Positions 1 through 8,026 of a stretch of DNA of 64,000 nucleotides are shown here, piece after piece. The position numbers and the translations under genes are program-made. Source of the stretch: Bacteriovoracaceae bacterium (lineage in GTDB: Bacteria; Bdellovibrionota; Bacteriovoracia; Bacteriovoracales; Bacteriovoracaceae); assembly GCA_965215445.1 (NCBI GenBank), contig CBDCDT010000002.1:1253260-1317259 (forward strand), in the 5' to 3' direction. A model generated the notes under the pieces. It worked only from the letters and a program-made list of their open reading frames with translations. It made no database searches and had not been told where the DNA came from. The stretch's first letter is position 1. Every line of letters starts with the position of its first letter.

Positions 1-3000
1 ATGCTCACAAGACTCCAAAATTATTATGAGAGAAAGGTTTCTCAAACCACGGAACGCTACCACCAGTTTATTGACAATACCACCAACGTCACCGAAGAAG
101 ATACCAAACGCTATATGGAAGCGGCATGGGAAGAGTTTACTCGTTTGAGAAATGCCAAACTCCGAGAACTTCAGGCCAAAGAAAATCAACTCAACCGAAA
201 TATTGATCTCTACAATCAATTAGTCGATGAAATCAGGCCACAAGTTGAGGAATACAAATCTCTTTCTGAACTTCAAACGCGCTTGCAAAGCAACCTTCAA
301 CAAAATGAACACCTCTACCGTGAATCCGCCCAAATCCTTGATCAAATCAACTCCATGCTCAATCCTTATATTGAACGCTATCAAGAGGCCGCAGGCCTTC
401 AAGAAACCTTAAATGGCATTATTGAGGCCTACGAATCGGGCACTCACCCTTCAGCTCAAGAAATTGCCGACATTATGGAGGATTTTGAAGCGTTCAAAGA
501 AGTGGTAGTTTTTGAACTTGAGGCCCAGGCCGACGAGTACAATGCTCTATTGGCGGCCTATAGAGAATGGCTTGAAGACATGCAAGGTTATTTGGCGAGT
601 TTGCAAAGCGAAATAACAAGTCTTGCAACGGATATTCAAGAGCAAACTGAAATCGCCAACGCCGATATTGTGGAGTATAACGATCTTGTAGATGAGCGAA
701 ACCGCTGCCGCACAAATTCTTGTGTCAGTTCCTATGACTTGGAATTGAGGCGTTTAAACGCCCGTATCAATATCCAAACGAATTATGTGGATGAACTCAA
801 AGTCAGGCATAATAATGCTGTTACCAACTACAATGGCCAATTCTCTAGGATAGAAGGAGAAAATACTGCTCAGGCAAATACCATCCAGGAACGAAGAACG
901 GTGTTGGAACGTGAAGAACAAGAGGTTTTCGAGTCCTTGGAAAACAGACAGCAGGAGGACTCTGAAGAGATTCGTGCCATTAATCTCGTTCTGGAAAATG
1001 AACTTGACGACATTCGAGAAGAAATTGAAGAGATAGAATCTTTTGTCAAGGAAGGATTGGGTGAAAACTACGCTCAAGGGATTTCGTCACACCGCGAATA
1101 TATAGATGCCATGGCAAGACACATGGCAAATCCTGAATCCTTTGTGCCCTTTCTCAACCCTATAGGGGCCACACCTGCCGTCGTTTTTTGTTCTCAGTTT
1201 CTCAAGGAAGAAAACCATACTTCCGTCTATGAATCCATTTGTGAAAATGGATACCTCGTCGATCAAAAGATGCGCACTTTTGTTGACATTTATGAAAAAC
1301 TTTCTTCGGCCAATAGAAGATTGGAGACGTTGGAAAGAGAACTCATGGCCAAGGGAGAGAAGCAACAGGAATTGGAAGGTCTTATCACCACACAACGAGA
1401 AGAGTTTTTTGCTCTTGGAGAAAGTACCAACAGGGAAATCGAGCAGTATTTACAAGATTATCAAGATGAGTTGGAAGCATTGGTACAATCTTCTGGCCAA
1501 CAAACTGGGTTGATGGCACAGATTTATCTTTTAGAGTTGAGAATCATTGAATTGGAATATCAGCTTTTGCAACAAGTAATTTTGGATACACAAGACGATG
1601 CTTCAATTCAAGAAATAAACGCTGCCAATAACGAACTCGATGCGCTCCCTCTTGTACGGGAAGGAGTGAACAACAAAGACGTTTTGGGAGAAACGAGTCT
1701 CGCCGAGGATATTTTGGCCACACAGCTAAAATCCCATACTGCCGTAGTACCATGGAGAGCTTTTTCAGGAGAAGAAAATTTCTCCGTCCAGGAAATGAGA
1801 GGAGAAGAAAAAGATGCCTTTATGGCCACTTGGTACGGAATTTTAGCGGATGCGGGAATTTTCCAGGAGAGAGCGCAAAATGGAGAACTTGAACCCTATT
1901 TTTTTGAAGTGCTTTTTAGAGAGGCGATGGGGAACGGCGTTCTTCTCAACAAGGTTTCTCTTGAAAATAACGAAGTCTCTTATCAAATTGTGGCCAATGG
2001 CAAAACCTATTGGATAGGAAGTGATGGTCAACTTTTTGAAATTCCCTTTGCCGACCTCTTTGAGTTTGAATTTAGGGCCGAATCGCGAATTGATCGAATT
2101 ATTGCGGATTATTACCAGGATTTTAAAAGTGAATTTGAACCTCTCTACGGCAATTTGGATGCTGGAAGGCAGGATGCCATCGCTTTGGCCGAAGCACTTT
2201 TGCGCGAGGCCTACGCTCTTGAAAATGAGGCCATATCCACCAGGGCCACTGGCCTTGCCGAAGGGTTGGGGCAAATTGCTCTGGGCATGACTCCGGTGGT
2301 GGGTGATGCCGTCGATCTCTACGAATTTGCCTTTGGGCGGGATATTTTTGGCAACTCAATAGGCGTGACTTCCCAAGTGGCCGCGGGGCTTGGATTTTTG
2401 TTTTTTGGCAATCGTCAAATGTGGTCATCTTTTTTAGAAAGCAGCATGGGCAGCACCATCAAACTTACCGGCAAGGGCCTTCGCAGGCCTCCTGGTGCCT
2501 TGTTAAGAGAGGCCGAAAGCATAGCGAATCTCACCACCAGAGAGGGAGCGGCGTTTCTTCAAAAGGTAGTGAAATCCGTGGATAGTGAGGTTCCCCGTGC
2601 CAAGCTGGAAAGGATTGCCCGCAGCTATAAAGCTTTGGATGAAGTGATGAAGGCAAATTTGGGCAACCTTCCCCCAAAGCAGAGTTGGGAAGTGACCAGG
2701 ACAATCAGGCAAAATGCCGATGAATCTCTTACCGCCAATGACGTATTTAGAAGCAATTATAGTGGATACGTCAGTGGTGAGGGAAGGTATGCCATTCAGG
2801 GAAATGCGGGGCTTCATGGAGCGGTGGATGCGTCAAATATGAGGGCATTGGAAACTTCCAGGGTAGAAGTTGATTTTAACCCCAATAATGAGGCAGGTTT
2901 TATTACAGGAACTAAAACCTATGAAGTCGTGACGTTGGACTTGACCAATCCAGAAATTAGGAGAAGAATTGGAGTGACAGAGAGGAATTTAATAGAACTT

Positions 3001-3147
3001 ACGGTAGACGATTCAAATGCTTATGAACTAACCCAGCAAATTGGAGACATCGCCAAAAATCTTGGTTATGAAGCAATTGTTTACCCATCAGCATCGACCA
3101 AAGGTAGAGGAAAAGCAATTGTTGTCCTCAAAGAGGAGCTTTTTTAA
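1..3147 (+). CDS. Polymorphic toxin, probably 5'-truncated by the window edge: long coiled-coil region, PT-TG-like pre-toxin motif, C-terminal RES-domain toxin
   Basis: The ORF is open from base 1. More than 750 aa are heptad-rich and E/Q/L/N-rich. 'VVGDAVDLYEFAFGRDIFGN' (nt ~2281-2355) resembles the pre-toxin TG motif. The last 123 aa (nt 2776-3144) show the RES signature: GRY..G...(ALE)...AYELTQQIGDIAKNLGYEAIVYPSAS..GKAIVV. Confidence 0.75.
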   Translation: MLTRLQNYYERKVSQTTERYHQFIDNTTNVTEEDTKRYMEAAWEEFTRLRNAKLRELQAKENQLNRNIDLYNQLVDEIRPQVEEYKSLSELQTRLQSNLQQNEHLYRESAQILDQINSMLNPYIERYQEAAGLQETLNGIIEAYESGTHPSAQEIADIMEDFEAFKEVVVFELEAQADEYNALLAAYREWLEDMQGYLASLQSEITSLATDIQEQTEIANADIVEYNDLVDERNRCRTNSCVSSYDLELRRLNARINIQTNYVDELKVRHNNAVTNYNGQFSRIEGENTAQANTIQERRTVLEREEQEVFESLENRQQEDSEEIRAINLVLENELDDIREEIEEIESFVKEGLGENYAQGISSHREYIDAMARHMANPESFVPFLNPIGATPAVVFCSQFLKEENHTSVYESICENGYLVDQKMRTFVDIYEKLSSANRRLETLERELMAKGEKQQELEGLITTQREEFFALGESTNREIEQYLQDYQDELEALVQSSGQQTGLMAQIYLLELRIIELEYQLLQQVILDTQDDASIQEINAANNELDALPLVREGVNNKDVLGETSLAEDILATQLKSHTAVVPWRAFSGEENFSVQEMRGEEKDAFMATWYGILADAGIFQERAQNGELEPYFFEVLFREAMGNGVLLNKVSLENNEVSYQIVANGKTYWIGSDGQLFEIPFADLFEFEFRAESRIDRIIADYYQDFKSEFEPLYGNLDAGRQDAIALAEALLREAYALENEAISTRATGLAEGLGQIALGMTPVVGDAVDLYEFAFGRDIFGNSIGVTSQVAAGLGFLFFGNRQMWSSFLESSMGSTIKLTGKGLRRPPGALLREAESIANLTTREGAAFLQKVVKSVDSEVPRAKLERIARSYKALDEVMKANLGNLPPKQSWEVTRTIRQNADESLTANDVFRSNYSGYVSGEGRYAIQGNAGLHGAVDASNMRALETSRVEVDFNPNNEAGFITGTKTYEVVTLDLTNPEIRRRIGVTERNLIELTVDDSNAYELTQQIGDIAKNLGYEAIVYPSASTKGRGKAIVVLKEELF

Positions 3148-3558
3148 ATGACATTTAGACTAGATAAAATTGCAAATATTATCAAACAGGAATGGGATAC
3201 AGAAAAACGATATAGGGAAATGAGAAAAGTTCTAGTTGATATATACAAAGCAGATTTTTTTGGAGATGAAGAGAAAAAATTCATTCCGACAACAAAAGAA
3301 GTCTCCACTAAAAATTTTGTTTACAAATGGAGCAATTGGTTTGGCACTCGAAGAATCTACTGGGAAGACTGGAGTGATATTTGCGAGGAAGGATTAAATT
3401 TAACATTAAAATTTATCGAGAGTGATTTTGAGGATTTTAAAGAAATAACAGAATGTAAAGAATTAATCCAAAAGCATTTTGACAGAATCGACGAACTTCA
3501 AAAAAGCAGCAAATACACTGAAGAACAAAAAATGGCATGGAATGATATGGGTTATTAA
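3148..3558 (+). CDS. Putative cognate immunity protein for the RES toxin (family unknown)
   Basis: Its ATG directly follows the toxin stop codon (TAA|ATG at 3145-3150). It is 136 aa, acidic and W-rich, and much more AT-rich than the toxin body. This position is typical of polymorphic-toxin immunity genes. I recognise no motif. Confidence 0.55.
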   Translation: MTFRLDKIANIIKQEWDTEKRYREMRKVLVDIYKADFFGDEEKKFIPTTKEVSTKNFVYKWSNWFGTRRIYWEDWSDICEEGLNLTLKFIESDFEDFKEITECKELIQKHFDRIDELQKSSKYTEEQKMAWNDMGY

Positions 3559-3630
3559 AACTTGTCTCGCAAATGCATAAAAATAAAAATTAGCCTTTTA
3601 TAAAAAACATTTCAAAAAAGAGTGCTTTTA

Positions 3631-4058
3631 ATGAAAACTGATCTTCAATCTTTTGATAATGTCGTTATTGACTTAATCGTTTTCTCTGATTCTGAAAACG
3701 AGGTTTTAATTCAAAAAAGGTCTCCCCAAAGAAGATTATTTCCCAATCAATGGGATTTCATTGGGGGCATTTAGAACCAAATGAAAGCATTGAAGAATGT
3801 ATTTCCAGAGAACTTACAGAAGAGACTTCCATGAAAGTTTCTTCTGTAAAAAAACAACTATTAACGAAAGAACAAAATGATAGAAACGCAATCAATATGG
3901 TCAATGTTGTTCAGGCCAAAGGAAACTTTGTTGCTGAAAAAGATAAAATTACTGAACACCGATGGGTAACTCAATCGAACCTCGAAGAATTAAAAAACGA
4001 CCCATGCTGTAGTGATTATATTTTTACGACACTTGAAGAATACTTCAACCATTTATAA
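3631..4058 (+). pseudogene. NUDIX hydrolase split by a -1 frameshift in a G5 run
   Basis: The frame from ATG 3631 reads ...FPNQWDFIGG and then hits TAG at 3772-3774. The ORF-track frame from 3750 continues GHLEPNESIEECISRELTEETS, a Nudix box (GX5EX7REUXEEXGU-like). Adding one G to the run at 3763-3767 restores WDFIGGHLEPNE. Confidence 0.75.
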
Positions 4059-4075
4059 GTTTTCCAAATTCAAGT

Positions 4076-4105
4076 TTGCCGTAATCTAAACGGCAAGTAT
4101 TTTTT
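4076..4105 (+). terminator. Rho-independent terminator after the NUDIX gene
   Basis: TTGCCGT / ACGGCAA stem (extendable by G-U pairs), 7-nt loop AATCTAA, followed by TATTTTTT. Confidence 0.6.
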
Positions 4106-4141
4106 GTCCAAAACGAAATTTTGTAACCGGAGTTATTTTTT

Positions 4142-4408
4142 ATGAAACTTTTTCTTTTGCTATTTTCTTTTTCCACCTGGGGAGAATTTTCTGAACTCTC
4201 ACAAAAAGAACTTTACCAACACGGCAAAAGGCGACCTTTAAAATCAAAACTAAAAACCAAGTCCAGGCTAAAACAAAAATTTAGGCCCCGAAAAAACAAA
4301 GATGTGGCACTAAAGAAATTGATTGAACAAGATCAAAAAATTTTAGGCCTTTTAGAGGCAAGTTCCAAACAACTGGTCATCAAGAGAAAGGAGGAAAAAG
4401 GTAGGTAA
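4142..4408 (+). CDS. Hypothetical small Lys/Arg-rich protein with an N-terminal hydrophobic segment
   Basis: 88-aa ORF with GGAG about 9 nt upstream of the ATG. No recognisable domain. The composition is low-complexity and basic. Confidence 0.35.
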   Translation: MKLFLLLFSFSTWGEFSELSQKELYQHGKRRPLKSKLKTKSRLKQKFRPRKNKDVALKKLIEQDQKILGLLEASSKQLVIKRKEEKGR

Positions 4409-4420
4409 GGTTAGAAATGT

Positions 4421-4444
4421 GCCGAAATATTGGGATATTTCGGC
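4421..4444. repeat. Perfect 10-bp inverted repeat (hairpin) between the small ORF and tRNA-Asp
   Basis: GCCGAAATAT-TGGG-ATATTTCGGC. No clear U-tract on either strand. Confidence 0.6.
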
Positions 4445-4530
4445 CAGATTTAGAAAATACTCCTTCGTGATTTTAAGTAGTTAGAAACATTGAGCTTCGG
4501 GTCATTTATTATATTTCGCAACGCGTAAAA

Positions 4531-4607
4531 TGGCGGGAGCGACGAGACTCGAACTCGCGACCTTCGGCGTGACAGGCCGATGTTGTAACCAACTCAACTA
4601 CGCCCCC
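4531..4607 (-). tRNA. tRNA-Asp (anticodon GUC), CCA encoded
   Basis: The reverse complement reads GGGGGCGTAGTTGAGTTGGTTACAACATCGGCCTGTCACGCCGAAGGTCGCGAGTTCGAGTCTCGTCGCTCCCGCCA. It has a cloverleaf with 7-bp acceptor stem (one G-U), anticodon stem TCGGC/GCCGA, loop CTGTCAC, and a GTTCGAGTC T-loop. Confidence 0.93.
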
Positions 4608-4644
4608 GTAAAAGAAACAATATATTTTTTTATGGGATTTTTCG

Positions 4645-5463
4645 TCAAGGGAGGGTGGGAAAAGAGAGGTAAATGGCCATAAAAATTAGCAGGCCGATGA
4701 GTGTGCGGTGAGCGTGCTTGGGGTTGATGCGCGTGCTTAGTCGCGCTGCGATAAAGGCGCTTGGCCAGCTACTGGCCACTAGCAGCGCTATCACCGCCAG
4801 GTTGAGATGGCCCCATTGGAAGGCCTGGAGGGAGATCGGGAAAGGGGGAAGGGATGGGGCAGGCGTGGCAAGGAGGACGCTCATTCCCGAAAGTGCGCTC
4901 AAGGCCATGGCGGGGTTGCTGTAGACGGATAGCCAGGCCAGCGGCATTTGGTGGAGCAAAATCAAAGTCGGGAGGATGACAAACCCTCCACCGATTCCGG
5001 TAAGTCCCGCAATAAAACCGCCGATGCTTCCCGCCGCCAGGGTGGCCAGAGTTTTGAGGGGAGTGAGGCGAATTAAATGAGGGGCCATTCCAGTTTTCGT
5101 GCTGGAAGTTTTGCTTAAGGCCAGTCTTAAAGCAGAAATTATCAAAGTTGCCGCCAGGATTTGCTTTAATCCTTGAGTGGAAATTTGCAGGGCCAGTCGG
5201 GAACCGAGTTGGGCGCCGGCCACCATGGCAATGCAGAGGGGCAGCAGGACGCGCCAGTTGGGGATGCGCCGGAGTTTCCAAAAGTGCAAAGTGTTGATGA
5301 GACCATTGCAGAAAATGACTCCCAAACAATTGGCGATGATGGTATGAGGATTCATGCTGGGATAGATGGAGTGGAAGACCGAGGCCATGATGGCGCCTCC
5401 GCCGATTCCAAAAAAGGCCGTCATTCCCCCTATCAACATTCCGGTGAGTATGAGGAGTAGCAT
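4645..5463 (-). CDS. TauE/SafE (TSUP) family anion exporter
   Basis: 272-aa polytopic membrane protein. The N-terminus LTGMLIGGMTAFFGIGGGAIM and the internal repeat GFIAGLTGIGGGFVILP are typical of the family. Confidence 0.8.
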   Translation of the reverse strand: MLLLILTGMLIGGMTAFFGIGGGAIMASVFHSIYPSMNPHTIIANCLGVIFCNGLINTLHFWKLRRIPNWRVLLPLCIAMVAGAQLGSRLALQISTQGLKQILAATLIISALRLALSKTSSTKTGMAPHLIRLTPLKTLATLAAGSIGGFIAGLTGIGGGFVILPTLILLHQMPLAWLSVYSNPAMALSALSGMSVLLATPAPSLPPFPISLQAFQWGHLNLAVIALLVASSWPSAFIAARLSTRINPKHAHRTLIGLLIFMAIYLSFPTLP

Positions 5464-5559
5464 TTGCCGACCTCCTTCGATAGAGTTGAAATTATGGCCC
5501 TTGACTTTTTTGAATCTACCCCGCTTTTCTTAACTTTTTAAAGGGGAAATAGAGAAAAT

Positions 5560-6594
5560 ATGCAAATTTTAGCGATATTGTGGGATTACCTCTTACAAAC
5601 GGCCCCTTATTTGCTCTTGGGTCTGGGAGTTGCCGGATGTATGCACGCCTTTATCAATGCCGATGCTATCAAGCGTCACCTTGGGGGCCAGGGAACCGGG
5701 GCGGTTTTGAAGGCATCGCTGGTGGGTATTCCACTACCTTTGTGTTCTTGCTCGGTGATCCCCACTGCAGTTGAGTTGCGCAAGGCCGGTGCTGGCAATG
5801 GGCCGACATCTTCCTTTCTCATTGCCACCCCCGAGTCGGGCATAGATTCCATTTCCATGACTTATGCGATGATGGATCTGCCCATGACTCTGATCCGGCC
5901 GGTGGCGGCCTTTTTGACCGCTTTTTTGGCAGGCCTGTGCCAGAATTTTTGGAACCCCTTCCAGTTTCAAGTGCCGGCCGACTCAGACCAGTGTTGTCCG
6001 GCCGCAAACGCAAAACCGCAGGAGGGGAAGGGCAATGCTTTTCTCGGTGCCCTTCGCTACGGTTATTTTGATTTAGTGGAAGATTTGGCCTTGTGGTTGA
6101 GTGTGGGCCTGTTGGCAGGGGGCCTTCTGAGCGCATTGGTGCCGGCCGATTTTTTTGAAGGGATGAGCGGTTTGGGCGGAAGGCTTTTGGTTTTGGGGGT
6201 GGGCATTCCGGTTTATATTTGCGCCTCGGCCACGACTCCCATCGCTGCCGCTTTAATTCTCAAAGGCATGAGTCCCGGCACGGCCCTGATTTTGCTTTTG
6301 GTAGGGCCTGCCACCAATGTTTCCAACCTCGCCGTTTTACAGCAATACCTTGGCAAAAGGGGGATTGTGATTAACCTGTTGGTGATTGCCTCGGTGTCGT
6401 TTGCCCTGTCCTACGCCATTGATTACGGGTATAATTACTGGGAGACTTCGCCTTTGGGGGCGAGTGCTCACCATGGTCACGCTTCCGAGAGAGGTTTGAT
6501 TTTTCAGCTTGCGGCGATAGTATTGACTTTGTTGCTGATTCGGGGAATGTATAAAGATTGGAAAAAAAAGAGGAGGATAAAATGCGGAATTTGA
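5560..6594 (+). CDS. Predicted permease (ArsP/DUF318-like, Cys-motif transporter)
   Basis: 344-aa polytopic protein. The motif GIPLPLCSCSVIPTAVELRKAGAGNGPTSSFLIATPE and a second half with ICASATTPIAAAL are as in the PF03773-type permeases. Confidence 0.7.
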   Translation: MQILAILWDYLLQTAPYLLLGLGVAGCMHAFINADAIKRHLGGQGTGAVLKASLVGIPLPLCSCSVIPTAVELRKAGAGNGPTSSFLIATPESGIDSISMTYAMMDLPMTLIRPVAAFLTAFLAGLCQNFWNPFQFQVPADSDQCCPAANAKPQEGKGNAFLGALRYGYFDLVEDLALWLSVGLLAGGLLSALVPADFFEGMSGLGGRLLVLGVGIPVYICASATTPIAAALILKGMSPGTALILLLVGPATNVSNLAVLQQYLGKRGIVINLLVIASVSFALSYAIDYGYNYWETSPLGASAHHGHASERGLIFQLAAIVLTLLLIRGMYKDWKKKRRIKCGI

Positions 6595-6785
6595 AAATTT
6601 TGAGTTTGATTCTTTGGGGCGTTTTCTTTACTGCCTGCCAAAGAGAGGCCCCGCCCGAGGCCGAGTGTGGCGACGACCCAGCATCTGCTCAACTGGATTT
6701 ATCGGCCCAGTCAAACGCAAGTGCCGATGATCCGCTCTTGGGTGCGGCGGGGTTGCAGGCCAAAGGCGGTTGTACTTTGGATTAG
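6582..6785 (+). CDS. Small putative lipoprotein
   Basis: AGGAGG lies 6 nt upstream of ATG 6582 (MRNLKILSLILWGVFFTAC, a lipobox-like FFTAC). It overlaps the permease 3' end by 13 nt and has three Cys. Confidence 0.4.
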   Translation: MRNLKILSLILWGVFFTACQREAPPEAECGDDPASAQLDLSAQSNASADDPLLGAAGLQAKGGCTLD

Positions 6786-6789
6786 GGGA

Positions 6790-7989
6790 TTAGGCCTTGG
6801 CCCTTTCTTCCAGAGATTGCTTGAGCAGATTTTTGGCGATAATCATAATCATCACCTCGTTGGTTCCCGCGCCGATTTCGTTGAGTTTGTTGTCTCGCAT
6901 GAGTCTTTCAACGGGAAATTCGCGGGCGTAGCCGTAGCCTCCGTGCAGTTGAATGGCGTCCAGGGCGATTTTGGTGGCCATTTTGGGGAGCGCTAGTTTG
7001 ACCATCGCCGCGACCGTTGGCCCGCGTTCGCCGCGGTCGTAGCGGTAAGCGGTGTTGTAGAGAAAATTGCGCATCATCTCGGTTTCAGTGGCCATTTCGG
7101 CGATCATTTTTTGAATCAGTTGAAAGTTGCCCAGGGTTTGGCCGAATTGTTTGCGTTGGTTGGCGTAACGCAGGCATTGATCCACGCAGGCCTGGGCGAC
7201 TCCCAGTGAAATTCCGGCGATGGTAATGCGTTCAATTTCCAGGTTTTTCATCATGTGATAGGTGGATTGTCCCTCTTCTCCCACCCGGTTGCTGGCGGAA
7301 ACGGAAACATTATCGAAAATCAACTCTCCGGTGGGAGAAGCGCGCATCCCCATCTTGTGGATGGGTTTGCCGGTTTTGTAGTGTTTGGCATCCTTTTCAA
7401 GAATGAAGGTGGAGAGGTCTTTTTTCTCCGGGCCAGTGCGGGCGTAAACGTAGGCCAGGTTGGAATACTCGGCGTTGGTAATCCACATTTTGCTGCCGTT
7501 TAAAATGTAGTTTTTTCCTTTGAGTTTGGCGCTGGTTTGCAGGCCCAAGGCATCGCTGCCGTATTCCGGCTCACTCATACCCATGCAGCCAATCCACTCG
7601 CCACTGATGAGCTTGGGTAAATACTTGGCCTTTTGTTTGGGGTCGGCGTTGTTTTGAATGTTGTTGACCGCCAGGATGCTGTGGGCGAGGTAGCTTAAAG
7701 TCAGTGCCGGGCAGGCCTTGGCAAACTCCTCCATCACGATGGTGGCCGCCAAGGCCCCCATCCCGGCCCCGCCGTATTCGGGATCGGCGGTAATGCCCAA
7801 CACTCCAAGCTCGCCCATTTGTCGAAAGGCATTCAGGTTAAAACTTTCTTCAGTGTCGTGCTTTTCCGCAAAAGGGGCCATCTCGCGCTCGGCGAAGGCG
7901 CGGCAAAGGCCAGTCAATTCCCTTTCTTCAGAACTAAAATACCACATGAGCTTAGCGGTCAGAATATAGTGGCCTGGAAAAAATGACAA
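6790..7989 (-). CDS. Acyl-CoA dehydrogenase (isovaleryl-CoA dehydrogenase-like)
   Basis: Full-length ACAD pattern: ...GITADPEYGGAGMG..., CMGMSEPEYGSDA, ...QLHGGYGYAREFPVERLMRDNKLNEIGAGTNEV. The start is uncertain: TTG at 7989 or ATG at 7947. Confidence 0.85.
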   Translation of the reverse strand: MSFFPGHYILTAKLMWYFSSEERELTGLCRAFAEREMAPFAEKHDTEESFNLNAFRQMGELGVLGITADPEYGGAGMGALAATIVMEEFAKACPALTLSYLAHSILAVNNIQNNADPKQKAKYLPKLISGEWIGCMGMSEPEYGSDALGLQTSAKLKGKNYILNGSKMWITNAEYSNLAYVYARTGPEKKDLSTFILEKDAKHYKTGKPIHKMGMRASPTGELIFDNVSVSASNRVGEEGQSTYHMMKNLEIERITIAGISLGVAQACVDQCLRYANQRKQFGQTLGNFQLIQKMIAEMATETEMMRNFLYNTAYRYDRGERGPTVAAMVKLALPKMATKIALDAIQLHGGYGYAREFPVERLMRDNKLNEIGAGTNEVMIMIIAKNLLKQSLEERAKA

Positions 7990-8026
7990 GAACGCCGCCT
8001 AAGGTTAAAATAAAGGAGAAAGGGAT

